A stretch of DNA of 64,000 nt from Mizuhopecten yessoensis (taxonomy: Eukaryota): contig NW_018408912.1 of assembly GCF_002113885.1 (NCBI RefSeq), positions 520,947 to 584,946 on the forward strand, given 5' to 3'. Both the position numbers and the translations under genes were made by a program. Positions within the stretch are counted from its first letter, which is position 1. Every line of letters begins with the position of its first letter. A model generated the notes under the pieces. The model was given only the letters and a program-made list of their open reading frames with translations. It was not told the origin of the DNA and searched no databases. Positions 1 to 11,750 of the stretch are shown here, piece by piece.

Positions 1-720
1 CGACACTTTCTATATTTAGAATCTGTAGAGAAATGTTGTCATCCGACACTTTCTATAATTAGTATCTGTAAGAGAGAAATGTTGTCATCCGACACTTTCT
101 ATATTTAGAATCTGTAGAGAAATGCTATCATCCGACACTTTCTATATTTAGAATCTGTAGAGAAATGTTGTCATTCGACACTTTCTATATTTAGAATCTG
201 TAGAGAAATGTTGTCATCCGACACTTTTTATAATTAGTATCTGTAAGAGAGAAATGTTGTCATCCGACACTTTCTATATTTAGTATCTGTAGAGAAATGT
301 TGTCATCTGAGTCTTTCTATATTTATAATTTTTAGGGAGAATGGTTGTCTTCAGATATTTTTTATTCAGTATCTGTAGAGAAATGTTGTTACCTTACATT
401 TCCTATATTTAGCATGTGTAAAGAGAAATGTTCTCATTTGACGCTTCTTTATTTATAAAAAAAAAATCATTCCACGCTTCCAGTTTAGTCACTGAAGAGG
501 AAAATTTTATCACCTGGCTCTCTTTCTGTATTTAGTATCTTACGATACTTCCTATATTTAGTGTTTGTAGAGAAATGTTCACATCTGGGTCTTTTTTATA
601 TTGGGTATATGTTGAGAAATGTTCTCTTTCAAAACTTTCTATATTTGGTATGCAAAGAGAAATGTTGTCAATTGGCTCTTTCTAAACTTAAGTATATGTA
701 GTGAAATGTTGTCATCTGAA
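1..720. repeat. 43-bp minisatellite (CGACACTTTCTATATTTAGAATCTGTAGAGAAATGTTGTCATC), decaying rightwards; truncated by window start
   Basis: CGACAC recurs at 1, 44, 90, 133, 176, 219, 265 (period 43, or 46 with an extra 3 nt). The GAGAAATGTT core is still recognisable to ~720. Confidence 0.95.
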
Positions 721-849
721 ATGTTAACTTGTCGTTTGCTTTCGTCCGTAAGCTTTGGCTTAAGTACGGTCTGAGTTGTGTGTGTATTTGGTAAACAAAC
801 ACGTGTGGTGGAATAGTTTGAGGTCGTTGTCATATACAAGCCTTTGCAA

Positions 850-2830
850 CAACAAGTATTCACGGACAGATGGTTTCGTGGGTGACAGAAGCTGGGATTT
901 GCACGGCGAATACATGTGTCATTGAAGAAGACGCTGGAGATGGATTGCCATGGCAGTCAAACTAACGGTAAAACAGAAGGAGATCCGATCGCCGCACGTA
1001 AAACCCATTTTATTTTAACCAACAATTTTAGTCTGTTGATTCAACATGTCGAGAAGTCCACATAACAATGGCGGTATGCATGGAGTTTTATTGGTATCAC
1101 GATTTACACGTGTAACCAACGATTTAACTAATTGCTGGTGTAAGAATGTCTTTGTTTGGCAGCCTGGAAGTACTATCGTCAACAGAATGGGAAAAGGGGG
1201 ATACGGTAATGATTGTAGCAAAAGAATTAAATGCGGTTGGAAAACGAAAAATGCACAGGGTTCTATCAGGGATGAAAAAAAAGGAAAAGTAAACAGGGAA
1301 TGTCATGGTTTGAGATCAAATGAAAATAGAATTGGGAGTTAAGTCGTCACTATCTTTGGAGCCAAAGACCTGCTCTACAGAGAACTTAATTCATATCAAA
1401 GTTATTTGTACAGCTAGGAGAATGACAACGATTGCTGAGATATAAGTTTTTCGATAATGACGGTAAATACGGAAGAAGGAAAATGTGAATCAGGCAGAAC
1501 AGTATTCGTTGAAGAAGGAAAAGCTGTTTTACTCCGAACAAATATTAATGAAGAATGATGTTTTGCATGAAGAAGTCGTGGAAGATTAATGTCAGATGAT
1601 GTAATGAGTATGATAGAATTTGCAGTGAACAACAACTTTAGTCGGGGCGGGAAGAACTACACGCAGAAGGGAGGAAGTAGTGATAAGCTCGAGGCAAGGA
1701 GGACATTTCACATGTACATTACATATATAAGGAAGTGGGAGGAACTACTTTATAAAAGGAACTTCTTTATAAAAGGTACTTCTCCCAGGTGTTTAGCAAA
1801 CGGTTTGGAAGTCAGGAATCTGCTTTGTTTTGCTGCATACATTAACACAATTCACAAGAGCGCCTAGATCGAACTTAAATGGGACCGGGGAAAACGAGAG
1901 CTAGATTTACATCTGTATAAAAGACGAGTACATATTTATACATGAAACCACCTGACAAACAACTGTGCTTGTAAGGAAAATCATGTCACTCTACCCCTGT
2001 GAAGAGGCAATGATATATGTTTAGGAGTGAGGATCAAACGTAGAAAGAAAGACACTACCCCAGAAAGAAACCGTGGATGAAGCGGGGCATTTGTGTTTGA
2101 CCAACTGAACCGGTTGGATGCCGTGAACAAGAGAGAAATTTTAAACTACAAATAAAATAACAACGATCGGTAAACATGTGTGCCTCTAGTATCAACATTC
2201 CCTCACCTTCTACTGGAGGTCTATTGTGGCAACGTCAGAGAACGCTCAACGACTCAGATGGTATGGTCGTCACAATATTCAAAACGGGCCACTTGTTAGT
2301 GCATGACATGTGTAGACTCGGTGAACGATCTTTTCAATATCCATCACGCAAGTTTTCGCCTTTTGTGAAGTAAATGTGACACTACCATCTCTGTAGGTGA
2401 AACAGAAAGATTTGTGATAAGACAGTAAGCGAACACTTGAATATGTAAAGAACCAATGGGGGAAATTAATATACCCCATCATTGAGACGCCGAAAGATAA
2501 ATCTTGGATGAATAGAACTTGGTTAAAACAACTGGCTACACACTAGGGATGCAGAGTTACTATACATCATACTGTATGTAAGTATATTGTGACATCATAA
2601 TTACCAAATACAAAGCAAATATCTATAGGCAACTAGACATTCGTGGTGACAAGACGGACATCATCTAGAATCAGAAGCATTCCTACAGTTCTTGACGCGG
2701 GCCAGAATGACGTATCCAGCATCCGAGAGCTTTATTGTTCAATACCACCCATATAAACTCCCTGAAGGAGATATGATATTAACGTTAGTTGAAGAGGACA
2801 ATGGTTATGGGAGGCGGAACATGATTATCC
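850..2830 (+). mobile_element. Degenerate Penelope-like retroelement (RT + GIY-YIG endonuclease remnants)
   Basis: Frameshifted translation gives PLE-type motifs in the expected order: MIEFAVNNNF..GKNYTQKGG..KL..Y..KWEE (1607-1745), INTIH (~1840), KPPDKQL..SCH..VK.AMIY.LGVRIKR (1945-2041), VPLVSTF (~2180), VGETER (2393-2410; YIG-type motif), and a C-terminal W-M-N-R segment (~2505). Boundaries are approximate. Confidence 0.8.
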
Positions 2831-3034
2831 AGAATATGAATAACCAACGTCCATTTTTATGGTCTAAAAAAAGAAGAGTTAACATATCTGTTATCTGTAG
2901 AATAGCATATTCATTAAATCACGTTATTGTCTGAAGAAATGAGTTGTCATTAACACGTGTTCATTCCTATTGCCTGTACAAAAGTATAGGGATCAACCCA
3001 GATCAGCATTTATTGTCAGTAGGGAAGTGTTGTC

Positions 3035-3612
3035 ATATACCAACGTCGATACACTTATTGGTAGAGTCCATATTACCAACGTCGAAACACTTACTGGTAG
3101 AGTCCATATTACCAACGTCGCAACACTTATTGGTAGAGTCCATATTCCCCACGTCGAAACCCTTATTGGTAGAGTCCATATAACCAACGTCGATACACTT
3201 ATTGGTGGAGTCCATATTACCAACGTCGAAACACTTATTGGTAGAGTCCATAATACCAACGTCGAAACACTTACTGGTAGAGTCCATATTACCCACGTCG
3301 AAACACTTACAGGTAGAGTCCATATTGTAGAGTCCATATTACCAACTTCGAAACACTTATTGGTAGAGTCCATATTACAAACGTCGAAACACTTATTGGT
3401 AGAGTCCATATTACCAATGTCGAAACACTTATTGGTAGAGTCCATATTACCAACGTCGAAACACTTATTGGTCGAGTTCATATTACCAACGTCGAAACGC
3501 TTATTGGTAGAGTCCATATTACTCACTTCGAAACACTTATTGGTAGAGTCCATATTACCAACGTCGAAACACTTATTGGTAGAGTCCATATAACCAACGT
3601 CGATACACTTAT
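3035..3612. repeat. 36-bp minisatellite (TTATTGGTAGAGTCCATATTACCAACGTCGAAACAC), ~16 copies
   Basis: Near-perfect tandem units are directly visible, with one partial unit at ~3313-3326. This explains the 12-aa-periodic ORFs on both strands. Confidence 0.96.
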
Positions 3613-4496
3613 TCAAATGAATGACCTTTACTTATATTCAATGTCACAGGGGTCAAATATGTTTAAAACCTTTATACAACTTCTTCTGAATAACCAAGAG
3701 GCCTAGGGTTATGATATTTGGCAAGTAGCATGCTGGGATAAAAGCTACCAAGTTGGTTAAAATGAATGACCTTGACAAATATTCAATGTCATAATGGTGA
3801 AATATATTTGAAGCCTTTAAACAACTTCCTCTCAATAACCAAAAGGCCTAGGATTATGCTATTTGGCCAGAAGCATGCTGTGATGAAGCGCTACTAAGTT
3901 TGTTCAAATGAATGATCTTGACTTATTTTCAAGGTCACAAGGGTCAAATATGTTTAAAACATTTAAACAACTTCTTCTGAATAACCAAGAGGCCTAGGAA
4001 AATGATATTTGGCCAGTAACATGCTGGGATAATGGGCTACCAAGTTTATTCAAACGAATGACCTTGACATATATTCAAGTTCAAAGGGGTCAAATATGTT
4101 TGAAACCTTTAAACAACTTCTTTTGAATAACCAAGAGGCCTAGGATAGTGATATTTTCCCAGTAAAATGTTGAGATAAAGGGCTACCAAGTTTGTTCAAA
4201 TTAATAACCTTCGTCCATATTCAAGGTCACAGTGGTCATTATGTGTTTAAATCTTTAAATTATTTTAAAATATTTTGCCAAAAGCATGCTGTGTTGGAAG
4301 ACTATAACTCTATTAAACCTAATGTCCTTGTTCGACATTCAAGGTCACATGCGTCATATGTTTAAATCTTTTGATATGTTCTTATGAATCAAACACTGAT
4401 ATTCTGTCTGTAGCTGTATTTTAGTCCACTTTTAAGATTACAAGTGTGAGATTTATTCCAGGTGAGCGATTCAGGCCCATTTGGCCTCTTGTTTTT
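3613..4496 (+). mobile_element. 3' portion of a Helentron/DINE-like non-autonomous element with an internal ~146-bp tandem array
   Basis: AAATGAATGACCTT-like starts at ~3616, 3760, 3906, 4052, 4198 (period ~146, 5-6 units). It ends in CAGGTGAGCGATTC (subTIR-like, 4459), the hairpin AGGCC-CATTT-GGCCT and CTTGTTTTT, a terminus type common in mollusc Helentron-associated elements. Confidence 0.75.
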
Positions 4497-4865
4497 CTTA
4501 AGATAAATGTTTTCATCCGACTTTCAACATATATCATATCTCTCTAGGGGAGTTTTGTAATCTACATGCGTTTATTTATTTTCACCTGTTAAGTGAGGGT
4601 TATAACAGCGTCGTTTTCCACATAAAGTTTTGAGTGCGATAACTCTTAAAGGAAACTGTGATTTTCATTACACTTCTCTTCGATTTTGAGTTTGATCGAA
4701 AATCCATTATGTTCGCAAAAGATCGTCTGGGAGATTTTGCAACTTCAATTTCCACACAAAGTTTTTCGTTTAACTATTGAAAGATTGTTAAATTTCTTTT
4801 CCTACAGACGCATGTATTTCCATTCTCCGCTCATTTTTTTTTTAAGTTGATCCCAGAATGCTTTA

Positions 4866-6117
4866 ATAATAATAATAATAGACCTTATTTATACTCGATA
4901 GTAACATGTTGAGTCACAGACTCTTCTCACACATGGTCGAGAACATATATACAAGTATGTACACCATGGATAATACGTTACAAATATAAGAGATAATGCA
5001 AAACACATACATTATAAAGATATATTGTATACATATATAAAGCTATACTGCTTTTCAATTGAATTATTAATTATATAACTACATTTCATTACAACACATA
5101 TGTCAACCATACTGTTATAGTAACACACGCTGCTGAAACATAATTACATATCGTAGTATATTGCTTATTGGGAAAGTCGTAATGTCCAGATCAGGCCGAA
5201 AGAGAGGTGGTTTTTTTTGCTTTATACTAGTAGTTTAAAATCGTTTCTGCAGTAGTTTTTAAATACTGCAAGTGATTTGGAGGATTTGGTTTGAGTGGAT
5301 AGATGTGGTCCTTGATATAAAAATGACCGCTTGAATAGTTCTGTTTTGTGTTTTGGTATACGGTAATTTCCTGCTGTTGCGTTGCGTGTGTTTCTGTTGT
5401 GACTTTCCTGGACTAAAGTGTGTGTTTCTGTTGTGACTTTCCTGGACTAAAGTGTGTGTTTTGAGATATGCAGGGGCAAAATCATTGATAACCTTGTACA
5501 TTAATATGCATTCATTATATGCCACTCTTTTGGGAAGAGGCAACCAATTTAACTTTTTAAATAAATGTTCAGATGGTGAAGAAAAATCTGCATCAAGAAT
5601 GGATCTGGCAATTCTCTTTTGAATTTGTTGGGAGTTTATGAAAACTTTTGGTTGTACAGTGGCTCCATATATTAGAGCAGTTATCAAAGTATGGAAGCAT
5701 AAAACAGTTATAGTATGTGATTCTGGACGGTATTGGTAAGAACATTTTAATTCTGTTAAGATGGTGTAGTTTAAAAACAACTTTCTTAATTCTCGAACTT
5801 GCATATCCCACGACAGATGATCATCAATGCACACTCCAAGAAGCTTTTCTGATTTTACATTTTCCATAGTGGTATCATTAAAAATAACATTAAGTTTGTT
5901 AGCACATGCTTTCCTTTTCTGTCTTGTACAAATTAACATAGCTTTTGTTTTTTCCGCATTTAAACCCATTTAATTTTCCTTGCACCAAGTCGAGACATTC
6001 ACCAAATCGTCATTTAAGGCCGTTTTATTTTAGAAATATCCTTGTCAGCTTTGTGCATTGACGTATCATCTGCGTTTAAATGCATATCACATGAGTTGAC
6101 ATAAAAGGGTAAATCAT
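4866..6117 (-). mobile_element. 5'-truncated CR1/L2-clade LINE (RT C-terminal part, 3' UTR, (TAT)n tail)
   Basis: The minus strand reads NDLPFYVNSCDMHLNADDTSMH (6117-6052; YADD-equivalent), then LNAEKTKAMLI, KLLGVCIDDHLSW, QKRIARSIL, LFKKLNWLPL..R, LMYKVINDFAPAYL. The 3' UTR has a GAGTC-TGT-GACTC stem, and the 3' end is AATAAGGTC(TAT)n at 4866-4890. Frameshifted. Confidence 0.9.
5386..5460. repeat. 34-bp direct tandem duplication inside the LINE
   Basis: GTGTGTTTCTGTTGTGACTTTCCTGGACTAAAGT occurs twice. Confidence 0.9.
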
Positions 6118-6699
6118 TGCTTTATTTGTACCTTGCTTCGTACAGATATGTTTACATAAATTATTATAAAACTTGCCTTGAATACTGCCTACCCTCCCTC
6201 AAGATGATGCTCGGTAAAGTTAACGCATATTTACTGAGGGTACAGCGGTCTGATTCTATAGCGAAAATTTCGTTGGAATGCCATGAAAACTGCCTGGTAT
6301 ATATTGTCGATTTCCCGAACAAATTCCGAAATATTTGATGAGGCTGCTGCGATCTGATCAATAAAACAACGACAAATATATTGGAATTAATTCCTTCATC
6401 TTGGGGAAATTAACCATTATTCCAGAGAAACTGGTGCAGCGAGACATCCAGAATTCGCGTTGTTGTCCGTGTTGATAAGTGTTGTCATACCTCTATTCTC
6501 ATTGATAGTATAGGCATGTTATCGCCCTTCGTCCATACTGACTGTATAGACGTGTTATCACCATTCCATGTATACACATGATGTACTTAATATCTGTAGT
6601 ACACATGATGTTCTGAATGTCTGTAGCGACTAACATATTAACTGTGGATATGTGTTGCCATTAATTGTCTGTGTGAAAGTTGTCGTCAACTCTTATTGT

Positions 6700-7937
6700 C
6701 CACCACGTGTTTTCTGTAGAGAATTGTTACCCATCATTGTCCACCACGTTTTGTCAGTAGATATAGGTTACCATTCAATGTCCACCACGTTTTGTCAGTA
6801 GATATAGGTTACCATTCAATGTCCATCACGTTTTGTCAGTAGATATAGGTTATCATTCAATGTCCATCACGTTTTGTCAGTAGATATAGGTTACCATTCA
6901 ATGTCCATTACGTTTTGTCTATAGACATATGTTACCTATCATTGTCCACCACGTTTTGTCAGTAGATAGAGGTTACCATTCAATGTCCACCACGTTTTGT
7001 CAGTAGATATAGGTTAAAATTCAATGTTCATCGCGTTTTGTCAGTAGATAGAGGTTACCATTCAATGTCCATTACGTTTTGTCTATAGACATATGTTACC
7101 TATCATTGACCACCACGTATTGTCAGCAGTGATATGCTACCTTTAATTGTCCTATGTTACCTATCATTTCCCACCCCTTATTGTCAGTAGAGATATGTAC
7201 CCATCATTGTCATATTCGTATCAAAGGTAGAGATATGTTACCTTTAATTGTCCTATGTTACCTATCATTTCCCACCCCTTATTGTCAGTAGAGATATGTA
7301 CCTATTGATGTAGCACACGTATTGTCAGAAGAGATATGTGCCTATCAATGTCCATCACGTATTGTCAGTAGAGATGTATACCTATCATTGTCATATTCGT
7401 ATTAAAGGGAGAGATATGTTACCTATCATAGTCCACCACGTATTGTCAGTACAGATATGTACCTATCAATTTCCACCACGTATTGTCAGCAGTGATATGC
7501 TACCTTTAATTGTCCTATGTTACCTATCATTGACCACCACGTATTGTCAGTACAGATATGTACCTATCAATATCCACCTCTTATTGTCAGTAGAGATATG
7601 TAACCTCTAATTGTCCTATGTTACCTATCATTGACCACCACGTATTGTCAGCAGTGATATGCTACCTTTAATTGTCCTATGTTACCTATCATTGACCACC
7701 ACGTATTGTCAGTACAGATATGTACCTATCAAAGTCCATCACGTATTGTCAGTAGAGATATGTTACGTATCATTGTCCACCACGTTTTGTCAGTAGAAAT
7801 AGGTTACCATTCAATGTCCAACACGTTTTGTCAGTAGATATAGGTTACCATTCAATGTCCATTACGTTTTGTCTATAGACATATGTTTCCTATCATTGTC
7901 CACCACGGATTGTCAGTAGAGATATGTTACCTATCAA
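6700..7937. repeat. 41-bp minisatellite (GTCCACCACGTTTTGTCAGTAGATATAGGTTACCATTCAAT and variants)
   Basis: Units start at 6739, 6780, 6821, 6862 etc. The central part has variant and composite units (TGTCAGTAGAGATATGTTACCTATCATT). Confidence 0.95.
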
Positions 7938-8509
7938 TGACACGAACTAGCTTCCGTGTATTTTGTATGAAAAAGATATAGAGATTTTCTTTTTGTCCAT
8001 ATTTATCGACTGTCTAGATCTGTTGCTTGTTCAGTTCACACAGACCAATATTTAGGCACATTTTCGTAAATGAAGACCAGTTTACGCGCATAAATCATCC
8101 GTAAATTCCATTTCGTACTGAACAGAATATATGCCTGCGGTTTTCAGTACATATATACAGTATCTTGACCTAATTATATTATTGCTATATACAGACCATC
8201 TCCATATATAGACTAACAATTATGAATGATTTTCAGCCCATACAGAAATTCATTTCAGATTCTATCATTTATGTCTTATTTATCAGTGCAGATCAGTATG
8301 TTTGCCACCTTGTTCAGTATATTCAAGCAAGCATCACATAGGATAGCTGCCAGGTACATCCTGCCCAACACATTGGTCTAACTGTTCACGTGATACAGAC
8401 AAACATATGGACACAATGTCTTAGTAAATTTGACTGCTGAATATGTGCTACTAACCAAATGTCTTTTTATTAAACTGGGTTTAGTTTCATACATCTAGAA
8501 TGTTGTGAT

Positions 8510-11500
8510 GCAAGCCGGATCTGTCATCAAGTGAAGTCCTCCTTCCTAGGTTGTTTCGGCGCTGTCCATTTCAATCTCCGGTGGAGCGCTGTCTGGGTTG
8601 ATCAGTCCCCAGCCCTGACCCGTCTAGCTGATCACCACGTGTTCTGCCAATGTATGATGCAGTTGACAGTACTTAACACAATCTCACATCACCTCTGTTT
8701 AAAGTCGCAGAGTGACCACACTACTGTTTCCCCGATGCCCAATAGTCCACTTCTTCCACGGCCACTAAGAAGCTGTCTTTGTCTGCCTGCAGACTCCACC
8801 AATCAGTTGCTTCCTGTCCCTGCCTACGACGCCTATGATTCTATGGCTCTCCCGAACGACTACCCTGTAAGGCCACTGCAACCTACATTATACAGTAGAC
8901 ACCAACTCACTATCCTTTATGATGAAATCCGTTCATCAATTCGTGCTTTGCCTTCTTCTCTGATGTATCCACCATACACTCTTCCTATGGTATTGTCAGC
9001 TCTATTTGGACGAAGGTGACAAAAGCATCTTGTGATGACACCATGTGTATCGGCCCTCATTTAGTGCAACCGAGAGGGAAGAATGTATGTGTGCCTTGTT
9101 GACCATTCTACGGCACAATAAAAACCGTGGTTCATCATGTAGCCTCCACAAGAACAGGCTTGCTGCATATCGTACACCTACTTCAGCAGAAATCGAATGC
9201 GATGTTCCTCAATGGTCCAAATGTGCTTTTCCCATAAAAGGTCCTTTTGTCAAACGCCCTTTCAAGTTCAGCCAGCATCCTTGTTAGACTTTTTCTGCTA
9301 CAATAATCGTTCTTCGATTTGCTTCAATTGCTCTGACTTACCTTTACTCACTTTTACTTACTAGTTCCCTCTTCTCCGCCTGTCCTGTCCTATTCCGCAT
9401 TGAATTTGCTATTATTAACGGTCGTTTTCCGGCTAATGCTAGCGTCCAAACTATATTTCCATGGCGCAGCCTCGACTCCACTTCTGTGATGACTTTGTCT
9501 GTTGCTCCTTTCATTTCTGTCTTCGCTCTCATATGTGCCGGGACACATCAGACGTGTATTTTTAATCTGTTGACCCTAGGACCACCGATGAGTTCGTAAA
9601 TGTGCAGAATGGTCATTAGATGCAACAAATGCTTACTTAAAAAACAGCTTTATGCATCGACTCACTAAATTTTAAAGCATGATCTACTTTACTTCTGTAG
9701 TGATTCTTATACACCACAAGGTGATAGACGCTGTCGGTGCACTATCAGCCCGTGAGGTTGGCCGTAACTGTGTAGCAAGAATTTACTCTAGCAAGGTGTA
9801 CATGAAATGAAATACTACATAATGCACTTCAAACATGGTCTAGCTGTGGAGACGAAAGTTGGAAATTGGGATTTTCATTATTTTGACCTTTGATACCGCT
9901 GCTGACGAATGAACTGAATCGACGTCATGTTCTCAAAAAAGTGCTCCTTTACTTCATATTCATTCTTCTTCGTATTCTTCGCATTTTCTTCTTCCATCTT
10001 CTCACCCTTGCTGTTCTGGACTATGAGCCATTCGGTAATATCCTATCAATTAAATAGGGGTTTCAGCGGAGAGCCCGCTACTGGCATAACTCTTAGAACT
10101 CCCATCCTCTTACCGGGATATCTGCTCCCCATCCACTCCGTTCTCTTAACTAATGTCTTCATAATACAACAGTAGGTACCACTACAGCCTTGATAACATT
10201 CGGTGGCTGTAGATCTTTGCCTGAAATCGTCCTTGTAACCCTCACTTGTTCAGTGTTGTCATCCGTTCATACATTGATTCGGCATCCTTATGTACATCAT
10301 TGACTTTTTGAGACAGTATGTCTCCAGTCCGATCCTGAACTTTTTCTATTTGTTTTACTTTCTTTCATTTTCTTAAAAACCAGATTCCGAAAGCTAGTCG
10401 GCTTGAATTTCATGTGTGTCCATGATCCGACTTCTTCCAATTCCTGCATTAACGTCACTGTATCGTTTGTTACTGTCATGTCGTCCCTAAAGGCTAATGT
10501 TAATGACTCTGCCTTATTCCAGATGCCATGTTGGGTCCTTGGTTCATTTCTTCAGCAGATTTCACTATCAGATTCATTGTTGCTGAGAAAAAGATGACCG
10601 GGATTGTACAGCCCATCGCCACTTTCGCATCCAAGCGTGGGCATGTTGTTGTGTAGTCATGCATGGTGAATGCATATGGAGGAGTTCGGAGTACTCTCTC
10701 GGCGCATGGAACCGCTCTAGCATTAGCTGAACTATGTTATCAGTGTACATCGTTGCCTTGTATGGGTTGACCAGGTCTAGGAAAATGACTTTCACGTCTC
10801 CTTTCCCTTTTTAGCTTTCCTGATGACCAGAGTAAGCCGACTGATGAGATGAACACAAGCCGAGACTCCTGGAACTTCTGTAATGTATCTTGGCAGAACG
10901 ACTAAGAACATCCCCCTTTCCACGTTCAACAAGACATAGTCTGAACTATCCAAGTGTCCTTCTTTGGAATGAATGATCCCTCTACATCAAGCCCCCTGGC
11001 AGCCAGCCACATCACCCTCATTGTTCCTCTAAGAAGCTTCCGCAGCTCATCGTCATTCTCGAGCAGTTTTTATAATCCAATATGGTATCTCAAAAGGTAC
11101 GGGCAATGCTGTTACTCTATCCTTCATGATAATTTCAATCACCTCGAAGAGCTTTGGTTCATTGTCATCTTGCATAGAATATCGAAAGACTCCAGGTCTT
11201 CTCTTCGGCGCATGTCGTGGTGAATTGCCTTTATGGAGCTTTCGACCTCTCTATCACATGACAATTGTGCGACCCCTTGTTGTTTAATAGTTTTGACGAA
11301 AAATGAAATGGATTTGTAATAAATGTTCCCTTCATCTGAATGTATTTAACTCTATATCATTTACAACAATTATGAAACAACTTTCGTCAACCTGTAGTTT
11401 AATCACTGTTGTTGCAGCAGTAGGAGAAAACCCGCGTCTTCATTATATCCACCGCTGGTTTAACATTTATGTTTTTTCGGGACAAAATCTATCCTATCCG

Positions 11501-11750
11501 CTGTCAAACCTTATCGTTGTCCTTGTCTCCATTTTCCTATTAATGTTGCCTTCCAATGTAATGTTTACTACGCTGTCTACATCATCGTCGTACTGTTCCC
11601 GTGCTTTTGATCTTCTGTTCGGTGGTAATATCCTCTTCTTACATCGTTGTCCTTCCTGTCCGTTGTAAGTTGCATCCTCTCCGCTGTTCTCCCCGTCGTC
11701 TTCTGGAAAATGACTGTGGAAACTAGGATGTTGATCCTAGATCGCTCCTC
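8510..11750 (-). mobile_element. Highly decayed non-LTR retrotransposon with restriction-like endonuclease (Hero/NeSL, R2 group)
   Basis: Minus-strand motifs in canonical order: TNPFHF..KLL (~11320), SLLNVE (~10930), PG.S.C.H (~10865), VIFLDLVNPY (10790-10760), GCTI (~10610), AFRDDMTVT (10494-10468; RT catalytic), WTHMKFKPTSFRNLV, VYD, EGRYTWCHHKML (9058-9023), IELTIP*EE (RLE, ~9000), VGCSG (~8880), S*WPWKK (~8760). Many stops, frameshifts and deletions. Confidence 0.85.

Noticed and set aside
2760-2790. Possible hammerhead ribozyme remnant (CCTGAAGGAG..AACGTT) at the Penelope 3' end
   Set aside because: The position fits PLE biology, but the core deviates from CUGANGA, GAAA is missing, and I cannot build stems I-III.
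2944-3616. 207-aa ORFs on both strands with 12-aa periodicity
   Set aside because: Artefact of the 36-bp tandem repeat; an internal partial unit switches frames.
1-7937. CRISPR-like periodicity of the 36-43 bp repeats
   Set aside because: Units are head-to-tail with no unique spacers, there are no cas genes, and the context is eukaryotic and intron-containing.
8511-8600. GAAA..TTGATGA on the minus strand in the RLE element 3' UTR (type II hammerhead-like order)
   Set aside because: No proper CUGAUGA core, cleavage triplet or stem pairing could be assembled.
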